Shown: positions 43,282-51,788, numbered from the stretch's first letter. The stretch is 52,890 nt of DNA from Gemmatimonadales bacterium (GCA_036379675.1 DASVGF010000082.1:1-52890); one strand, 5' to 3'. Numbers and translations: made by a program. Notes: generated by a model not told the origin, from the letters alone.

Positions 43282-44180
43282 CCGCCGGCTCCGTCCATGA
43301 TCCTGCGCAGGTGAAAGTGGTGGGGGCCGAGCTTGCCCCCGTAATTGCCGGCGCTGATGGACACCACCCCGTCCCGGCACGCGGCATCGATGCCGGTACG
43401 CATGGCCCCCGCGATGGAGGGCGCATCCACGCCGTTGATGACGATCTCGAGCACCGAGTTGACGCCTTCCGGCAGGGCCGATTTGGTAATCGCGCGCAGG
43501 GTGGGACAGAAGGCGTCGTTGGTGGACGCAATCATGGACTTGATCCGCCGGGAGCCGACCTTGCTTCCGCTCCGGACCACGCCGCCGGGAAAGGGCAGGA
43601 TCACATCGGGCAGCGAGGCCATGGCATCGGCGGCGGCTTCGGCCGCGCCGAGGGCGGCGTCGGCGCTGCGGGCGAGGATCAGGAAATTTCCGCCGCCGAC
43701 ACCCTTTACCATGCCGAACTTTTCCTGGACCAGAAACTCCCCTTCCATGACCGGGATTCTCCAGAACCGTTCGCCGGCCACCACCTTGCTGATCTGGAAC
43801 CCGTCGCCGAAGAACCGGAGGGCCGACCCTACGCCCACGCGGTCGGGAGCGCCGGGCAGCCCGTCGTAGCATGCCGTCGTGGGGCAGGTGAGCACGGTTT
43901 GCCCGATACGCTCGATCAGGCGCTTGGGCAGGTCGTCCTTGCCCATCGTCATCAACAAAATGCTGGCTCCGGGGCGGCCGTCGGGCGTGTCTGCCGGCGG
44001 AAGCTCCCGCTCGACACCGGCCTCGACCTTGCAGCCGATCACCGACGTCGCAAACCCGGTGAGCTTGAGCGCGGCCGCCCGCACCCAGCGAAGGCTCCGG
44101 CCGGTGATGATGATGCGCGCGACGCGCATCGTAAACGCCTCGGCAAAGGTGTCTTCGATCAGCACGCCACGAATCTTCAT
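43278..44180 (-). CDS. fhcD: Formylmethanofuran:tetrahydromethanopterin formyltransferase (Fhc subunit D)
   Basis: 300 aa. MKIRGVLIEDTFAEAFTMRVARIIITG..., Ftr family. Confidence 0.9.
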   Translation of the reverse strand: MKIRGVLIEDTFAEAFTMRVARIIITGRSLRWVRAAALKLTGFATSVIGCKVEAGVERELPPADTPDGRPGASILLMTMGKDDLPKRLIERIGQTVLTCPTTACYDGLPGAPDRVGVGSALRFFGDGFQISKVVAGERFWRIPVMEGEFLVQEKFGMVKGVGGGNFLILARSADAALGAAEAAADAMASLPDVILPFPGGVVRSGSKVGSRRIKSMIASTNDAFCPTLRAITKSALPEGVNSVLEIVINGVDAPSIAGAMRTGIDAACRDGVVSISAGNYGGKLGPHHFHLRRIMDGAGG

Positions 44181-45796
44181 AGGCCCTGCACCGGATAGTT
44201 CTCGAACGACACGGTCGAATACGCTTCGAAGTAGCGTCGAAGATCGGGCAGCAGCGCTGGATCGTAGCCCGGTCGCACCTGGAGCCGGCGTCCGGCCGGC
44301 GCCCGCCGGAGCTGTCCCTCTTCCACCACCAGCGATCCGGCTTTGATCACGTACCGGGGTGTGGCGAACATCCGGGCGATGTCGGCATCGCGGGCGTAGA
44401 TGGTCACATCGGCATCGGCCCCGACCCCCAGGTGGCCCTTCTGGCGGAGCCCGAGCAGGCGGGCCGGGCCGGCGCGGGTGATGATCGCGATCTCGTTCAG
44501 CGTGTACTCCCGGGAGAGCCCGTCGGCCAGGGCGGACCCGGCGAGCAGCTTGGGGTTCACCTGCTTGAGCCGTTCATCGCGGACACTCCGGTCCATCAAC
44601 AGCTGAATCAGCGCCGGATAGGAGAGAAAAGAGCCGCCGTTGGGGTGGTCGGTGGAGAGCACTACCCGCCACGGGTCTTTGCTGAGCAGAAAGAGCTCCA
44701 GGCCAATGGCCCATTGCAGGGAAGCGACCGCCGCCTTGTCCTTGTACATGAAGGGAACGATGCCGCAGCCGGTCTCCAGCTCGATGTCGATGTTCACCCA
44801 TTTCCGCCCGGTGCTCTTGTGCAGGAGGTACTCGACCGGCCCATCGGCCGTGATCGTCGCCGCCGGGCCGAACATCACCTGGCCCACGTCCACGCTGAGC
44901 TCCGGATGGTCGTTCACGTATTCGGTCAGCGGCACCGCCCCGGAACTCCAGGCGGGCCCCCCATAGGCATGAAACTGCAGGTGGGTGAAGTGAGCGCGCC
45001 GGCCGGAGAGCGCCTGCATGGTGGCCAGCGTGGTGGTCACGTTGCCCGGCTGGCCGAGGTTGTTGCAATGGATGTGGACCGGATGCGGCAGCTCGAGACG
45101 GTTGGCCGCGTCGGCCAGGGTTTCCAGGATGGCTCGGGGCGTCACCCCGGTCGTGGCCAGAGGCTCGTCCAGGTCCTTCAGATTGCGCTGGCCCGACTTC
45201 CACGCCTCGATGCCGCCCGGATTGACGATCTTGATGGCATACCCGCCGGTTACTCCGAGGAGCCAGGCGGCATAGTCGCGTGCCCGCTCCCGCTCGCCCG
45301 CCGCCACCTGGCGGAGCAGATACTCGTCGTTCCCCATCAGCACGAACATCCCGCCATCCACGCAGGGAGTGTCATCCATCTCCGCGTGGCTGTGGCGCGC
45401 CATGAGGGGAGCCACCGCGGCGTCGAACACGGTGGTGTACCCCAGGCCGGCGTAGCGGTACCCGGTGGTAAAGGTGGTGGGGACCGTGCCACCCGTGCCC
45501 GACCGCGGGGGACCGTCGCTCTCTTCGAGTGCGGGCGCCGGCGCGGGATCCGCCGAGTGTTCCTCCGGGAGAAGGCGGCGGGCGTGATTGCAGCTCGAGC
45601 TGGCAAAATGGGAGTGGATATCCACCCCCCCAGGCATGACGATCATCCCGCGCGCGTCGAGCGCCGGCGCTCCATCGGGCACACTCGCTACCACGCGGCC
45701 GTCCTCGATGCAGATGTCGCGCACCTCCCCATCCACCCCGTTGGCGGGGTCGTGCACGGTCCCACCGGTTATGCGAAGGCGGCTCGGCGCACTCAT
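44177..45796 (-). CDS. fhcA: Fhc subunit A (formylmethanofuran dehydrogenase subunit A homolog, amidohydrolase fold)
   Basis: 539 aa. GMIVMPGGVDIHSHF metal-binding motif. FwdA-like throughout. Confidence 0.9.
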   Translation of the reverse strand: MSAPSRLRITGGTVHDPANGVDGEVRDICIEDGRVVASVPDGAPALDARGMIVMPGGVDIHSHFASSSCNHARRLLPEEHSADPAPAPALEESDGPPRSGTGGTVPTTFTTGYRYAGLGYTTVFDAAVAPLMARHSHAEMDDTPCVDGGMFVLMGNDEYLLRQVAAGERERARDYAAWLLGVTGGYAIKIVNPGGIEAWKSGQRNLKDLDEPLATTGVTPRAILETLADAANRLELPHPVHIHCNNLGQPGNVTTTLATMQALSGRRAHFTHLQFHAYGGPAWSSGAVPLTEYVNDHPELSVDVGQVMFGPAATITADGPVEYLLHKSTGRKWVNIDIELETGCGIVPFMYKDKAAVASLQWAIGLELFLLSKDPWRVVLSTDHPNGGSFLSYPALIQLLMDRSVRDERLKQVNPKLLAGSALADGLSREYTLNEIAIITRAGPARLLGLRQKGHLGVGADADVTIYARDADIARMFATPRYVIKAGSLVVEEGQLRRAPAGRRLQVRPGYDPALLPDLRRYFEAYSTVSFENYPVQGL

Positions 45797-47070
45797 TTCC
45801 GCCTGCCTCCGATACTGGCGCGGAGCGAGTCGATCAACGCGGCCAACGTTTGGGTTGCGGTGCGCTGCGCGGCGAGTGGCGGTCGAAGCGGGAGGGGCAC
45901 TTCATCCATCCGGTAGGCGGTTCCACCTTCGTGGATGCCGGCTACACCGGTGTCGATGGCGACCTGCGGCTTGAAGCCAGCCTCGGATGCCCTGGGTCCG
46001 ATGACTACTGTCCTGATCCGGGCAAGCGCCGCGGAAGCCTGGTCACTGACCGCCGGGGCCCCCACTACGAGTGCGGCCTCGAAGCTGCCGGCCAGCAGCC
46101 GGTCCAGGCCGCGCTGGCCGGGCTCGTAGGACGGGTAGCCGCGCGAGTAATCGACGGCGAATGGGAAGCCGGTTTGCCAGGTCAGCACTGCGTCTGCTCC
46201 CGGGCGGTTACCACCCGCCCGCAGGCTGCTGAGCGCGGCGCGAGTTGGGCCGTTCAGGGCCTGCGCCAGCGCGATCAACCCCTCCACCCGGCGAGGATTC
46301 CGCTCCTCGGCGGTCGGCTCCGCGTCATGGACCAGGACGGCGTAGCGCGCGCCCGAGAGCCTGGGTGCGAGAGCCACCGCCTGCCTCAACCCGGGCGAGA
46401 GCTCACCGGCGGGCGGGGCGGACGCCAGGGCCGCACGGATGAGCGAAAGCGCCGCAATCTCCTCGCCGGGCTCGAGCGACATCGTGAGATCCGCATCTGC
46501 CGGTCCCCGGTCGGCGCCGATGGAGACCGAGATGACGAACCGCCCGGCGCGCCCCTGGGGGACATGAGTGCCGGAGGGCTCGGGCGCGTAGCGTGAGGCA
46601 TACCGGGGATAGCGTTGCCGCGGATCCACACCCCAGAAGAGCACAACGTCCGCCCGATTCCGCACTTCGCCCAGCGTTGCGGTTGCCCGGCCCCGGCGCT
46701 GCGCCGCGAGGAGACCAGCGGCGGCCGTGTCGGACGTAGCGGTGTCCACCCGAGCCCCGAGGATATCGGCGACCGTGACCGCCATCCGTTGGGCCTGGGT
46801 GCTGAGGTCAGGGCCCAGGTATACCAGGACTCGGCCCCGGGATTCGAGGAGCAGAGTGGCGGCCCCCGCCGTCGCCTCTTCGACCGCCACCGGCTGACCG
46901 GCGAGACGCACCTCCCACGGCACCGACCCGTCGCCCAGCCAGACCTTCTCCACCGGGCATGCCGGGTCGGCCTCGACGATCCTCTCATTGCGCAGCGTCA
47001 CGGTGATGTCGTCACAGCCGCAACCGCAGCCCAGGCAGGTGATCCGTTCCACCCGGTCCGGCGGAGTCAT
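45793..47070 (-). CDS. fhcB: Fhc subunit B (formylmethanofuran dehydrogenase subunit B homolog)
   Basis: ORF 45793..47142, trimmed to ATG 47070, which overlaps the upstream stop (ATGA). ITCLGCGCGCDDITV N-terminal Cys cluster. Confidence 0.85.
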   Translation of the reverse strand: MTPPDRVERITCLGCGCGCDDITVTLRNERIVEADPACPVEKVWLGDGSVPWEVRLAGQPVAVEEATAGAATLLLESRGRVLVYLGPDLSTQAQRMAVTVADILGARVDTATSDTAAAGLLAAQRRGRATATLGEVRNRADVVLFWGVDPRQRYPRYASRYAPEPSGTHVPQGRAGRFVISVSIGADRGPADADLTMSLEPGEEIAALSLIRAALASAPPAGELSPGLRQAVALAPRLSGARYAVLVHDAEPTAEERNPRRVEGLIALAQALNGPTRAALSSLRAGGNRPGADAVLTWQTGFPFAVDYSRGYPSYEPGQRGLDRLLAGSFEAALVVGAPAVSDQASAALARIRTVVIGPRASEAGFKPQVAIDTGVAGIHEGGTAYRMDEVPLPLRPPLAAQRTATQTLAALIDSLRASIGGRRK

Positions 47071-48209
47071 GCCGCCCCCCGCGCTCGCGATTCCGCGGCG
47101 TGATACACCTGGTCGGCGCGGCGTATCAGCCCACGGTAGCATGCGGCGGCGTCACCCGCCTCTTCAAATACGGTACAGACGGGATGTCCCCTGCCTATAC
47201 GCTCTCGAGGGTGGGGCACGTCTGCGACCCAGGTGCTCGCCAGCCAACGGCCCGTGTCCGCCAGGGTCACATTCCGCCGCGCGAACACGATTGCCTTGCC
47301 GAAGGCGCGGCGGACAGGACCCGGCGCTACCGGCAGGGTGCCCCGGCAGGCGCGCTCGTGGAGCCGGAACATCGAGAGGCCGTGGGCACGCTCGATCAGC
47401 TCCATGGAGGCGGAGAACCGTGGGTTCACCTCGACGGGGTAGGGGACGCCCTCGCGGGCGATGAAGTCGAGGCCGTTCAAACCAACCAGGCCGAACTCCA
47501 TGGTGACCGCCTCGGCGAGAGCGGCTGCGGTCCCGAGCAGCCGGTCCTGATCGGGAAAGAGTGCCACTTCTTCGGAGGCGAGCAGGCTACCGCAGTAGCG
47601 GAAGCCGGTGGAGCCGAAACGCGCGTCGCCCACGAGCTGGCGGGTGAGGCCAAGGAGAACCGCGTTCCGGCCGTCGGCGGCAAAAACGATCGACCCGGGC
47701 CTGCCTGCTATGCGCTCCTGCAAGTACCTGGTCCTCGGCACCGAACGGCCGCCTCGCCAGGGAACAATGTTGTGGCCTCCGCCTGAACGGCGCGGCTTCA
47801 CCAGCCAGGCGCCGCCGTCCGACGGGCAGCTTGCCCGCGTGTTCGGAGTTGGAAACCCCCGCCGCCTGAGGGCCCGCATCAGCTCGATGGGGTCACGCAC
47901 TCGCCGGAGCACCGCGGGAGGATTCCCCAGGAGGGTTCGGCCCCGGGACAAGCGCGCGACCGCGTCGGGATAGTTCTCGAAATTGGATGTGTAGGCCGCA
48001 AGATCGGCGGGCACCGAAGCGGCAGCTGCGGCGGCTGCGGACGGACTGTATCGCCGGGCGGAATCCTGCCGGAGCGTGAGAACCTCGGCGGCCCCGCGCA
48101 GATCCAGATCGCCGAAGGCGTCCACCGCCGTCACCTGGTAGCCGGCGCGGCTGGCGGATAAGGCCAGGGCCCGCGTCGTGACTCCGGCCACCACGAGTCG
48201 CTCAGTCAT
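47067..48209 (-). CDS. ATP-grasp family protein of H4MPT/methanofuran clusters (possible MfnD-like ligase)
   Basis: ORF 47067..48416, trimmed to ATG 48209 (8-nt overlap with the upstream gene). MTERLVVAGVTTRALALSASRAGYQVTAVDAFGD..., WLVKPRRSGGGHNI, and EVNPRFSASMEL. Confidence 0.75.
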   Translation of the reverse strand: MTERLVVAGVTTRALALSASRAGYQVTAVDAFGDLDLRGAAEVLTLRQDSARRYSPSAAAAAAASVPADLAAYTSNFENYPDAVARLSRGRTLLGNPPAVLRRVRDPIELMRALRRRGFPTPNTRASCPSDGGAWLVKPRRSGGGHNIVPWRGGRSVPRTRYLQERIAGRPGSIVFAADGRNAVLLGLTRQLVGDARFGSTGFRYCGSLLASEEVALFPDQDRLLGTAAALAEAVTMEFGLVGLNGLDFIAREGVPYPVEVNPRFSASMELIERAHGLSMFRLHERACRGTLPVAPGPVRRAFGKAIVFARRNVTLADTGRWLASTWVADVPHPRERIGRGHPVCTVFEEAGDAAACYRGLIRRADQVYHAAESRARGAA

Positions 48210-49254
48210 CGGCAATCCCGAGTCGGCGCCGGGCGGCCGCCGGCGAGATGAAGACCAGATGATCCAGCACGGTGCCTCGCGCGTCGCGTACCCGCAGTCG
48301 GTCCACCAGCTCACGGTTCCCGCCACCGCACAGCCCATCGGCAAGGAGGGCGGCGCCCTGAGCTCCCTGCTTCGACTTCGAGGCAAACCCCGCAAGCGCG
48401 CGGACAGGACCGACATCGGTCAGGCCGGCAGCCAGGCGCTGGCGATAGGCCGGATCGCTCGAGTTGCGGCCGGAGAGGAGCACTTCGTCGGCACTGGGCG
48501 CCGAGCACCTCAGCTGCCGGACGGTTTTCAGGGCGCCCTCGAGATAGGCCTCGATCGCGACTTCGCGGCGGGCCGGCTCCCGCTCCAGCCAGGTGGAAAC
48601 GCCGCCCTGGAAAAGCGCCGCCTTGGTCACCTCACCAGCCAGAAACGCGACTTCGGCATCGAGCGCCCCTGCCGCACGCCATCCGATCGGCCCGCTGGTT
48701 CCGCCCATGCCATCCACCACCTGTCCCCGCTCCACTGCCACTCCAGCGGTAAACGCGCCACCCAGCTCCAACAAGATGAACGACACCTCCGCGGGCGAGC
48801 GGTTGCGGCGCCTGCACTGCTCGTAAATGCCCAGCGCTGCCGCGCACAATTTGTCGGCCGTGCCCAGGTCCACCCGGTTGATCTTGCGGTGCTGGGGCAC
48901 CGTGTCGAGGTGAATCACGCCCGGAGTGTAGACGACGGGCAGGCCCGACTCCGCCAGTTTCCGGGCGAAGCTTCGAAGCCCACCGATGCCGCCTTCCTCC
49001 TGGGGACGGGCCAGAAACGCCAGCCGGAGGTCGCTTTCGGACACCTCGGCCGCACGGCGAAGAGGAAGGCCATAACCGGAAGGTCCGACGATCAAATCGG
49101 GCAGGCCCGGGGCGGTGAGCAGATCGATGAAGCCCGCGGGATCGGCAAGCGCTTCAGCGGTAGAACGGCTGGCATCGAGATACGGCCGGCCGTCCAGCAG
49201 CCCACACACGTCCACCGTGACGGTGCCCGGGTCGATCCCGACCACGCGGGTCAC
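48202..49254 (-). CDS. DUF1464-like ASKHA-fold protein
   Basis: C-terminal 350 aa of ORF 48202..49512. The GTG at 49254 is 2 nt after the mtdB stop. VVGIDPGTVTVDVCGL..., LGTADKLCAAALG. Confidence 0.7.
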   Translation of the reverse strand: MTRVVGIDPGTVTVDVCGLLDGRPYLDASRSTAEALADPAGFIDLLTAPGLPDLIVGPSGYGLPLRRAAEVSESDLRLAFLARPQEEGGIGGLRSFARKLAESGLPVVYTPGVIHLDTVPQHRKINRVDLGTADKLCAAALGIYEQCRRRNRSPAEVSFILLELGGAFTAGVAVERGQVVDGMGGTSGPIGWRAAGALDAEVAFLAGEVTKAALFQGGVSTWLEREPARREVAIEAYLEGALKTVRQLRCSAPSADEVLLSGRNSSDPAYRQRLAAGLTDVGPVRALAGFASKSKQGAQGAALLADGLCGGGNRELVDRLRVRDARGTVLDHLVFISPAAARRRLGIADD

Positions 49255-49256
49255 GG

Positions 49257-50129
49257 CTACTTCTTGACCGTGACCAGCTCCCGGGCGATCTCCGCGATGG
49301 CTTCCGCATCCAGAACCAGATCGTTGCGGGTGAACAGCCGGGCGACGCAGGCCTTGTGGAGCTTGGTCTTGAAGTTGCCGACCCCAAACGCGCCGAACAC
49401 GACGACGCCGCTTTTCTTTACCCCCGCATCGTTGACGTCGATGCCCTCGATGCCCAGCGGCGGGACGGCGTTGAGATCCACCGCGACTTTCAGCGACTTG
49501 CTGCCGGTCCACGCCGACTGGGGCACCATCTGCACCCCAGCGGGCCCCGAGTTGAGGAGGATCTCGACCCCTTGCAGCAGCTCCGGCAGCTTGGAGGGGT
49601 CGTTCAACGTGACGGCTTCCACCTGAACATTGAAGCGGGCGCTGATGAACTGGCGCGCCTTGTCGCCCTGTTCCGGTTTCCGCGAGGTGATGGTGACCTG
49701 GGCGCCGTCCTTGGCGAGGAGGCCCGCTGCCCGCTGGCCCACCGGACCGGTCCCGGCCAGGATCAACGCGTTCTTGCCCTCGAGGTTCCCCAGCGTCTCC
49801 TCGATCTTGACCACCGCCGCCACGGCAGTGGTGTTGGAGCCGTTCGAGTCCAGCATGATCGAGACCGAGAACGGCGGGAACAGGGCATCCTGCGCCATAG
49901 CCAGGAGTTGTTCGCCGGCAGACATGTTGTTGCCGCCGATCCAGACGGCGGTGTTGCGCAGGTCTTTGGGGCCGCGGGTAAAGATGCAGCCGTGAATGAG
50001 GTCGCGGACGTCACCCTCAGTGACTCCCCCGTAGCTCATGATGGCCTCGGCACCGGCGTCATAAGCCACGACCTGGTCGAAAACGCTCGGCAGCCGTGAG
50101 CTGTCGAGTTGCAGCAGAAGCTTACGCAT
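49257..50129 (-). CDS. mtdB: NAD(P)-dependent methylene-tetrahydromethanopterin dehydrogenase (MtdA/MtdB family)
   Basis: 290 aa. MRKLLLQLDSSRLPSVFDQVVAYDAGAEAIMSYGGV... and the LILAGTGPVGQRAA Rossmann motif. Confidence 0.9.
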   Translation of the reverse strand: MRKLLLQLDSSRLPSVFDQVVAYDAGAEAIMSYGGVTEGDVRDLIHGCIFTRGPKDLRNTAVWIGGNNMSAGEQLLAMAQDALFPPFSVSIMLDSNGSNTTAVAAVVKIEETLGNLEGKNALILAGTGPVGQRAAGLLAKDGAQVTITSRKPEQGDKARQFISARFNVQVEAVTLNDPSKLPELLQGVEILLNSGPAGVQMVPQSAWTGSKSLKVAVDLNAVPPLGIEGIDVNDAGVKKSGVVVFGAFGVGNFKTKLHKACVARLFTRNDLVLDAEAIAEIARELVTVKK

Positions 50130-50151
50130 CGAAACAACGTCTCCCGGTAGG

Positions 50152-50195
50152 CTGTAAAAGACGAGGGGCGCCCCAGTAGCGGGCCGCCCCTCGTC
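50152..50195 (-). terminator. Intrinsic terminator/attenuator between fae and mtdB
   Basis: On the minus strand: GACGAGGGGCG...CGCCCCTCGTC, a perfect 11-bp GC-rich stem (50195-50185 / 50170-50160) extendable to about 14 bp. It is followed immediately by TTTT (50159-50156) and lies 28 nt after the fae stop. Confidence 0.7.
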
Positions 50196-50222
50196 GGATC
50201 TCAGTTGAGCGGGACTGTACGA

Positions 50223-50735
50223 TCAGCCCTCGGCGCCGCTCGCAAACGGGTGCCGCGCCGCCTTGTACTTCTGCAGCACCTCGTCAATGCTGGGCTTGTT
50301 CTGGATGGCCCGCTGCAACGCTTCCTTGGTGGCCTGGTAGTTGTAGTCGTAAATCTTCTTGTCGCTCTCCGCCTGCCAGTGGATGAATACGCCCACCAGG
50401 ATGCACAGATCGTTGGCCTTGCTCTTGTCGATCACGCCCGACGCGACGCTGTCCATGACGGCGCGCGCAACGGCGGCCTGGGCCGGCCCGAACATCTGTA
50501 CCGCCTGCTTGGCACCCTTGATGGTGACCTTGTTGAAGAGCAGGGTGTCGGGCTTGGCCGGAAGGTTCGGGGTGACGACCGCGAGAAGGGTTGAGAAGCC
50601 ATCGGAATTGTGCGATAACGCCGAGGTAAACGCGAGACCCGCTGGTCCCGACTTGGAGCCGACGATCAGGTCGATGTGGGCGATTTCGTTGCCGTCGCCG
50701 ACCAGCGACTCACCGATGCTGAATTCCCCTGCCAT
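50223..50735 (-). CDS. fae: Formaldehyde-activating enzyme
   Basis: ORF 50223..50870, trimmed to ATG 50735 behind GGAGG. MAGEFSIGESLVGDGNEIAHIDLIVGSKSGPAG...TPNLPAKPDTLLFNKVTIKG... Confidence 0.95.
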   Translation of the reverse strand: MAGEFSIGESLVGDGNEIAHIDLIVGSKSGPAGLAFTSALSHNSDGFSTLLAVVTPNLPAKPDTLLFNKVTIKGAKQAVQMFGPAQAAVARAVMDSVASGVIDKSKANDLCILVGVFIHWQAESDKKIYDYNYQATKEALQRAIQNKPSIDEVLQKYKAARHPFASGAEG

Positions 50736-50917
50736 ACTTGCCTCCGTATCCGTTTTGTTGAAGAAGGAGAGAATTTCGCGCCACATGGTTGACTCGACGT
50801 TGGCGTAGGGTTGAGCTCGGACCAGGAGCGGCGTGCGGGAACGGACAACCCGGCTCACGCAGTCCCGCAAGGCGGGTAGCTCAGCGCACTGATTACTGTG
50901 CCGTCGTAGAGAGGCCT

Positions 50918-50946
50918 AGTATGAAACCCGTATCAGAAAGTGTCAA
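50918..50946 (-). promoter_or_regulatory. Sigma70-type promoter for fae
   Basis: On the minus strand: TTGACA (50946-50941), 17 nt, CATACT (50923-50918), about 183 nt upstream of the fae ATG. Same architecture as the xoxF promoter. Confidence 0.4.
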
Positions 50947-51055
50947 GTCGAGTTTTGCCTTGAGCATCCGGCTCCGGGACGGGTTTGCCCGAAGCAGTAC
51001 GGGAGTGGTGCTACTGCGGGGTATCTTCGGGTTGGTGGTCCAGGCGACCCGGCTG

Positions 51056-51089
51056 GAGGACACCCCGGTCGCGCCAGAGGACACCCCGG
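51056..51089. repeat. Two perfect 13-bp direct repeats with 21-bp periodicity (candidate activator site)
   Basis: GAGGACACCCCGG at 51056-51068 and again at 51077-51089, about 50-80 bp upstream of the sigma54-like element. Confidence 0.55.
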
Positions 51090-51135
51090 CACCGGCCGGG
51101 CAGCGTTCAGGTAGCTGGGACAACTACTTAGCAAC

Positions 51136-51151
51136 TGGCATGACCCTCGCA
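51136..51151 (+). promoter_or_regulatory. Sigma54 (-24/-12) type promoter
   Basis: TGGCATG-ACCC-TCGCA versus the consensus TGGCACG-N4-TTGCA. Correct GG-N10-GC spacing. 45 nt upstream of ATG 51196. Confidence 0.45.
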
Positions 51152-51195
51152 CCTTGAGCCCCGCGCCGTTCCTCCACGCCAACAACGAGGGCACC

Positions 51196-51606
51196 ATGAA
51201 GACCAGCATCTTTGCGGGGTCACTCCTGGCTAGTCTGGCGCTCATCGCGGCTCCACTCGAGGCCCAGACGGCCTCGGCTGAGATTGTCGTTCGAGCCGGC
51301 ACACCGGAAAGCTATCGGGCGCCGCGTCGGGTCATCGTCGAGCGAAATGCGCCGAGAATAGTTGTGATCGAACGGATGCGAGCGCATCACGGCAGGCACT
51401 GGCGGCGTCACGGCTATCGCCCGGTGGTGGTGTATTACGTCGAGGGCCGTTATTACGACCAGCATCCCCGGCGCCGGAGCCGGATGCGGGAAATCGTCGT
51501 CTATGAGCGCGGCGGCCGCTACTATCATTTCGCGGACGACCGGACCAACCGCGGCCGGCATCGCGGCTGGAGCCACGACGGTCGTCACGAGGAGTGGAAC
51601 GACTGA
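51196..51606 (+). CDS. Small secreted, very basic His/Arg-rich protein (hypothetical)
   Basis: ORF 51154..51606, trimmed to ATG 51196 (signal peptide MKTSIFAGSLLASLALIAAPLEAQ). Internal repeat VVVYYVEGRYYDQH / IVVYERGGRYYHF. HHGRHWRRHG and RGRHRGWSHDGRHEEW. Confidence 0.6.
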   Translation: MKTSIFAGSLLASLALIAAPLEAQTASAEIVVRAGTPESYRAPRRVIVERNAPRIVVIERMRAHHGRHWRRHGYRPVVVYYVEGRYYDQHPRRRSRMREIVVYERGGRYYHFADDRTNRGRHRGWSHDGRHEEWND

Positions 51607-51661
51607 CCTGTTCCCGCACCGTCCCGGTGCACGATCGCCTGATCCAGGTTGGTTCGTCCCG

Positions 51662-51695
51662 ACACCAGTACCCTCGCGGCTGAGGATACTGGTGT
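51662..51695 (+). terminator. Possible terminator hairpin after the small secreted protein gene
   Basis: A perfect 9-bp stem ACACCAGTA/TACTGGTGT with a 16-nt loop, followed by the T-containing TATCGTGTGTG. 56 nt after the stop. Confidence 0.35.
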
Positions 51696-51788
51696 TATCG
51701 TGTGTGCTGAGTCACGGCGAGAGCGTCTACCCGGGGGTATGTAGCTGACCTAGGGAAGGGGCCTCCCGACGCGGAGGCACGTGTGCGT

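Noticed and set aside
45793-47070. Possible selenocysteine in the FhcB/FwdB-like subunit or other redox genes (thioredoxin-domain protein, cytochromes)
   Set aside because: All of these have uninterrupted ORFs in the track with Cys at the relevant positions. There are no in-frame TGA candidates apart from the SelW-like gene.
50872-50915. tRNA-like fragment GGCGGGTAGCTCAGCGCACTGATTACTGTGCC
   Set aside because: Only the 5' acceptor/D-arm-like GGGTAGCTCAG and a 4-bp stem with an 8-nt loop are present. There is no T-arm (GGTTCGA-type), no acceptor 3' complement, and the anticodon loop size is wrong. It probably lies in the fae 5' leader.
51616-51630. Short hairpin GCACCG-tcc-CGGTGC right after the small secreted protein gene
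   Set aside because: It has a 6-bp stem, a 3-nt loop and no U-tract. The larger 9-bp hairpin at 51662-51695 is the better, though still tentative, terminator candidate.
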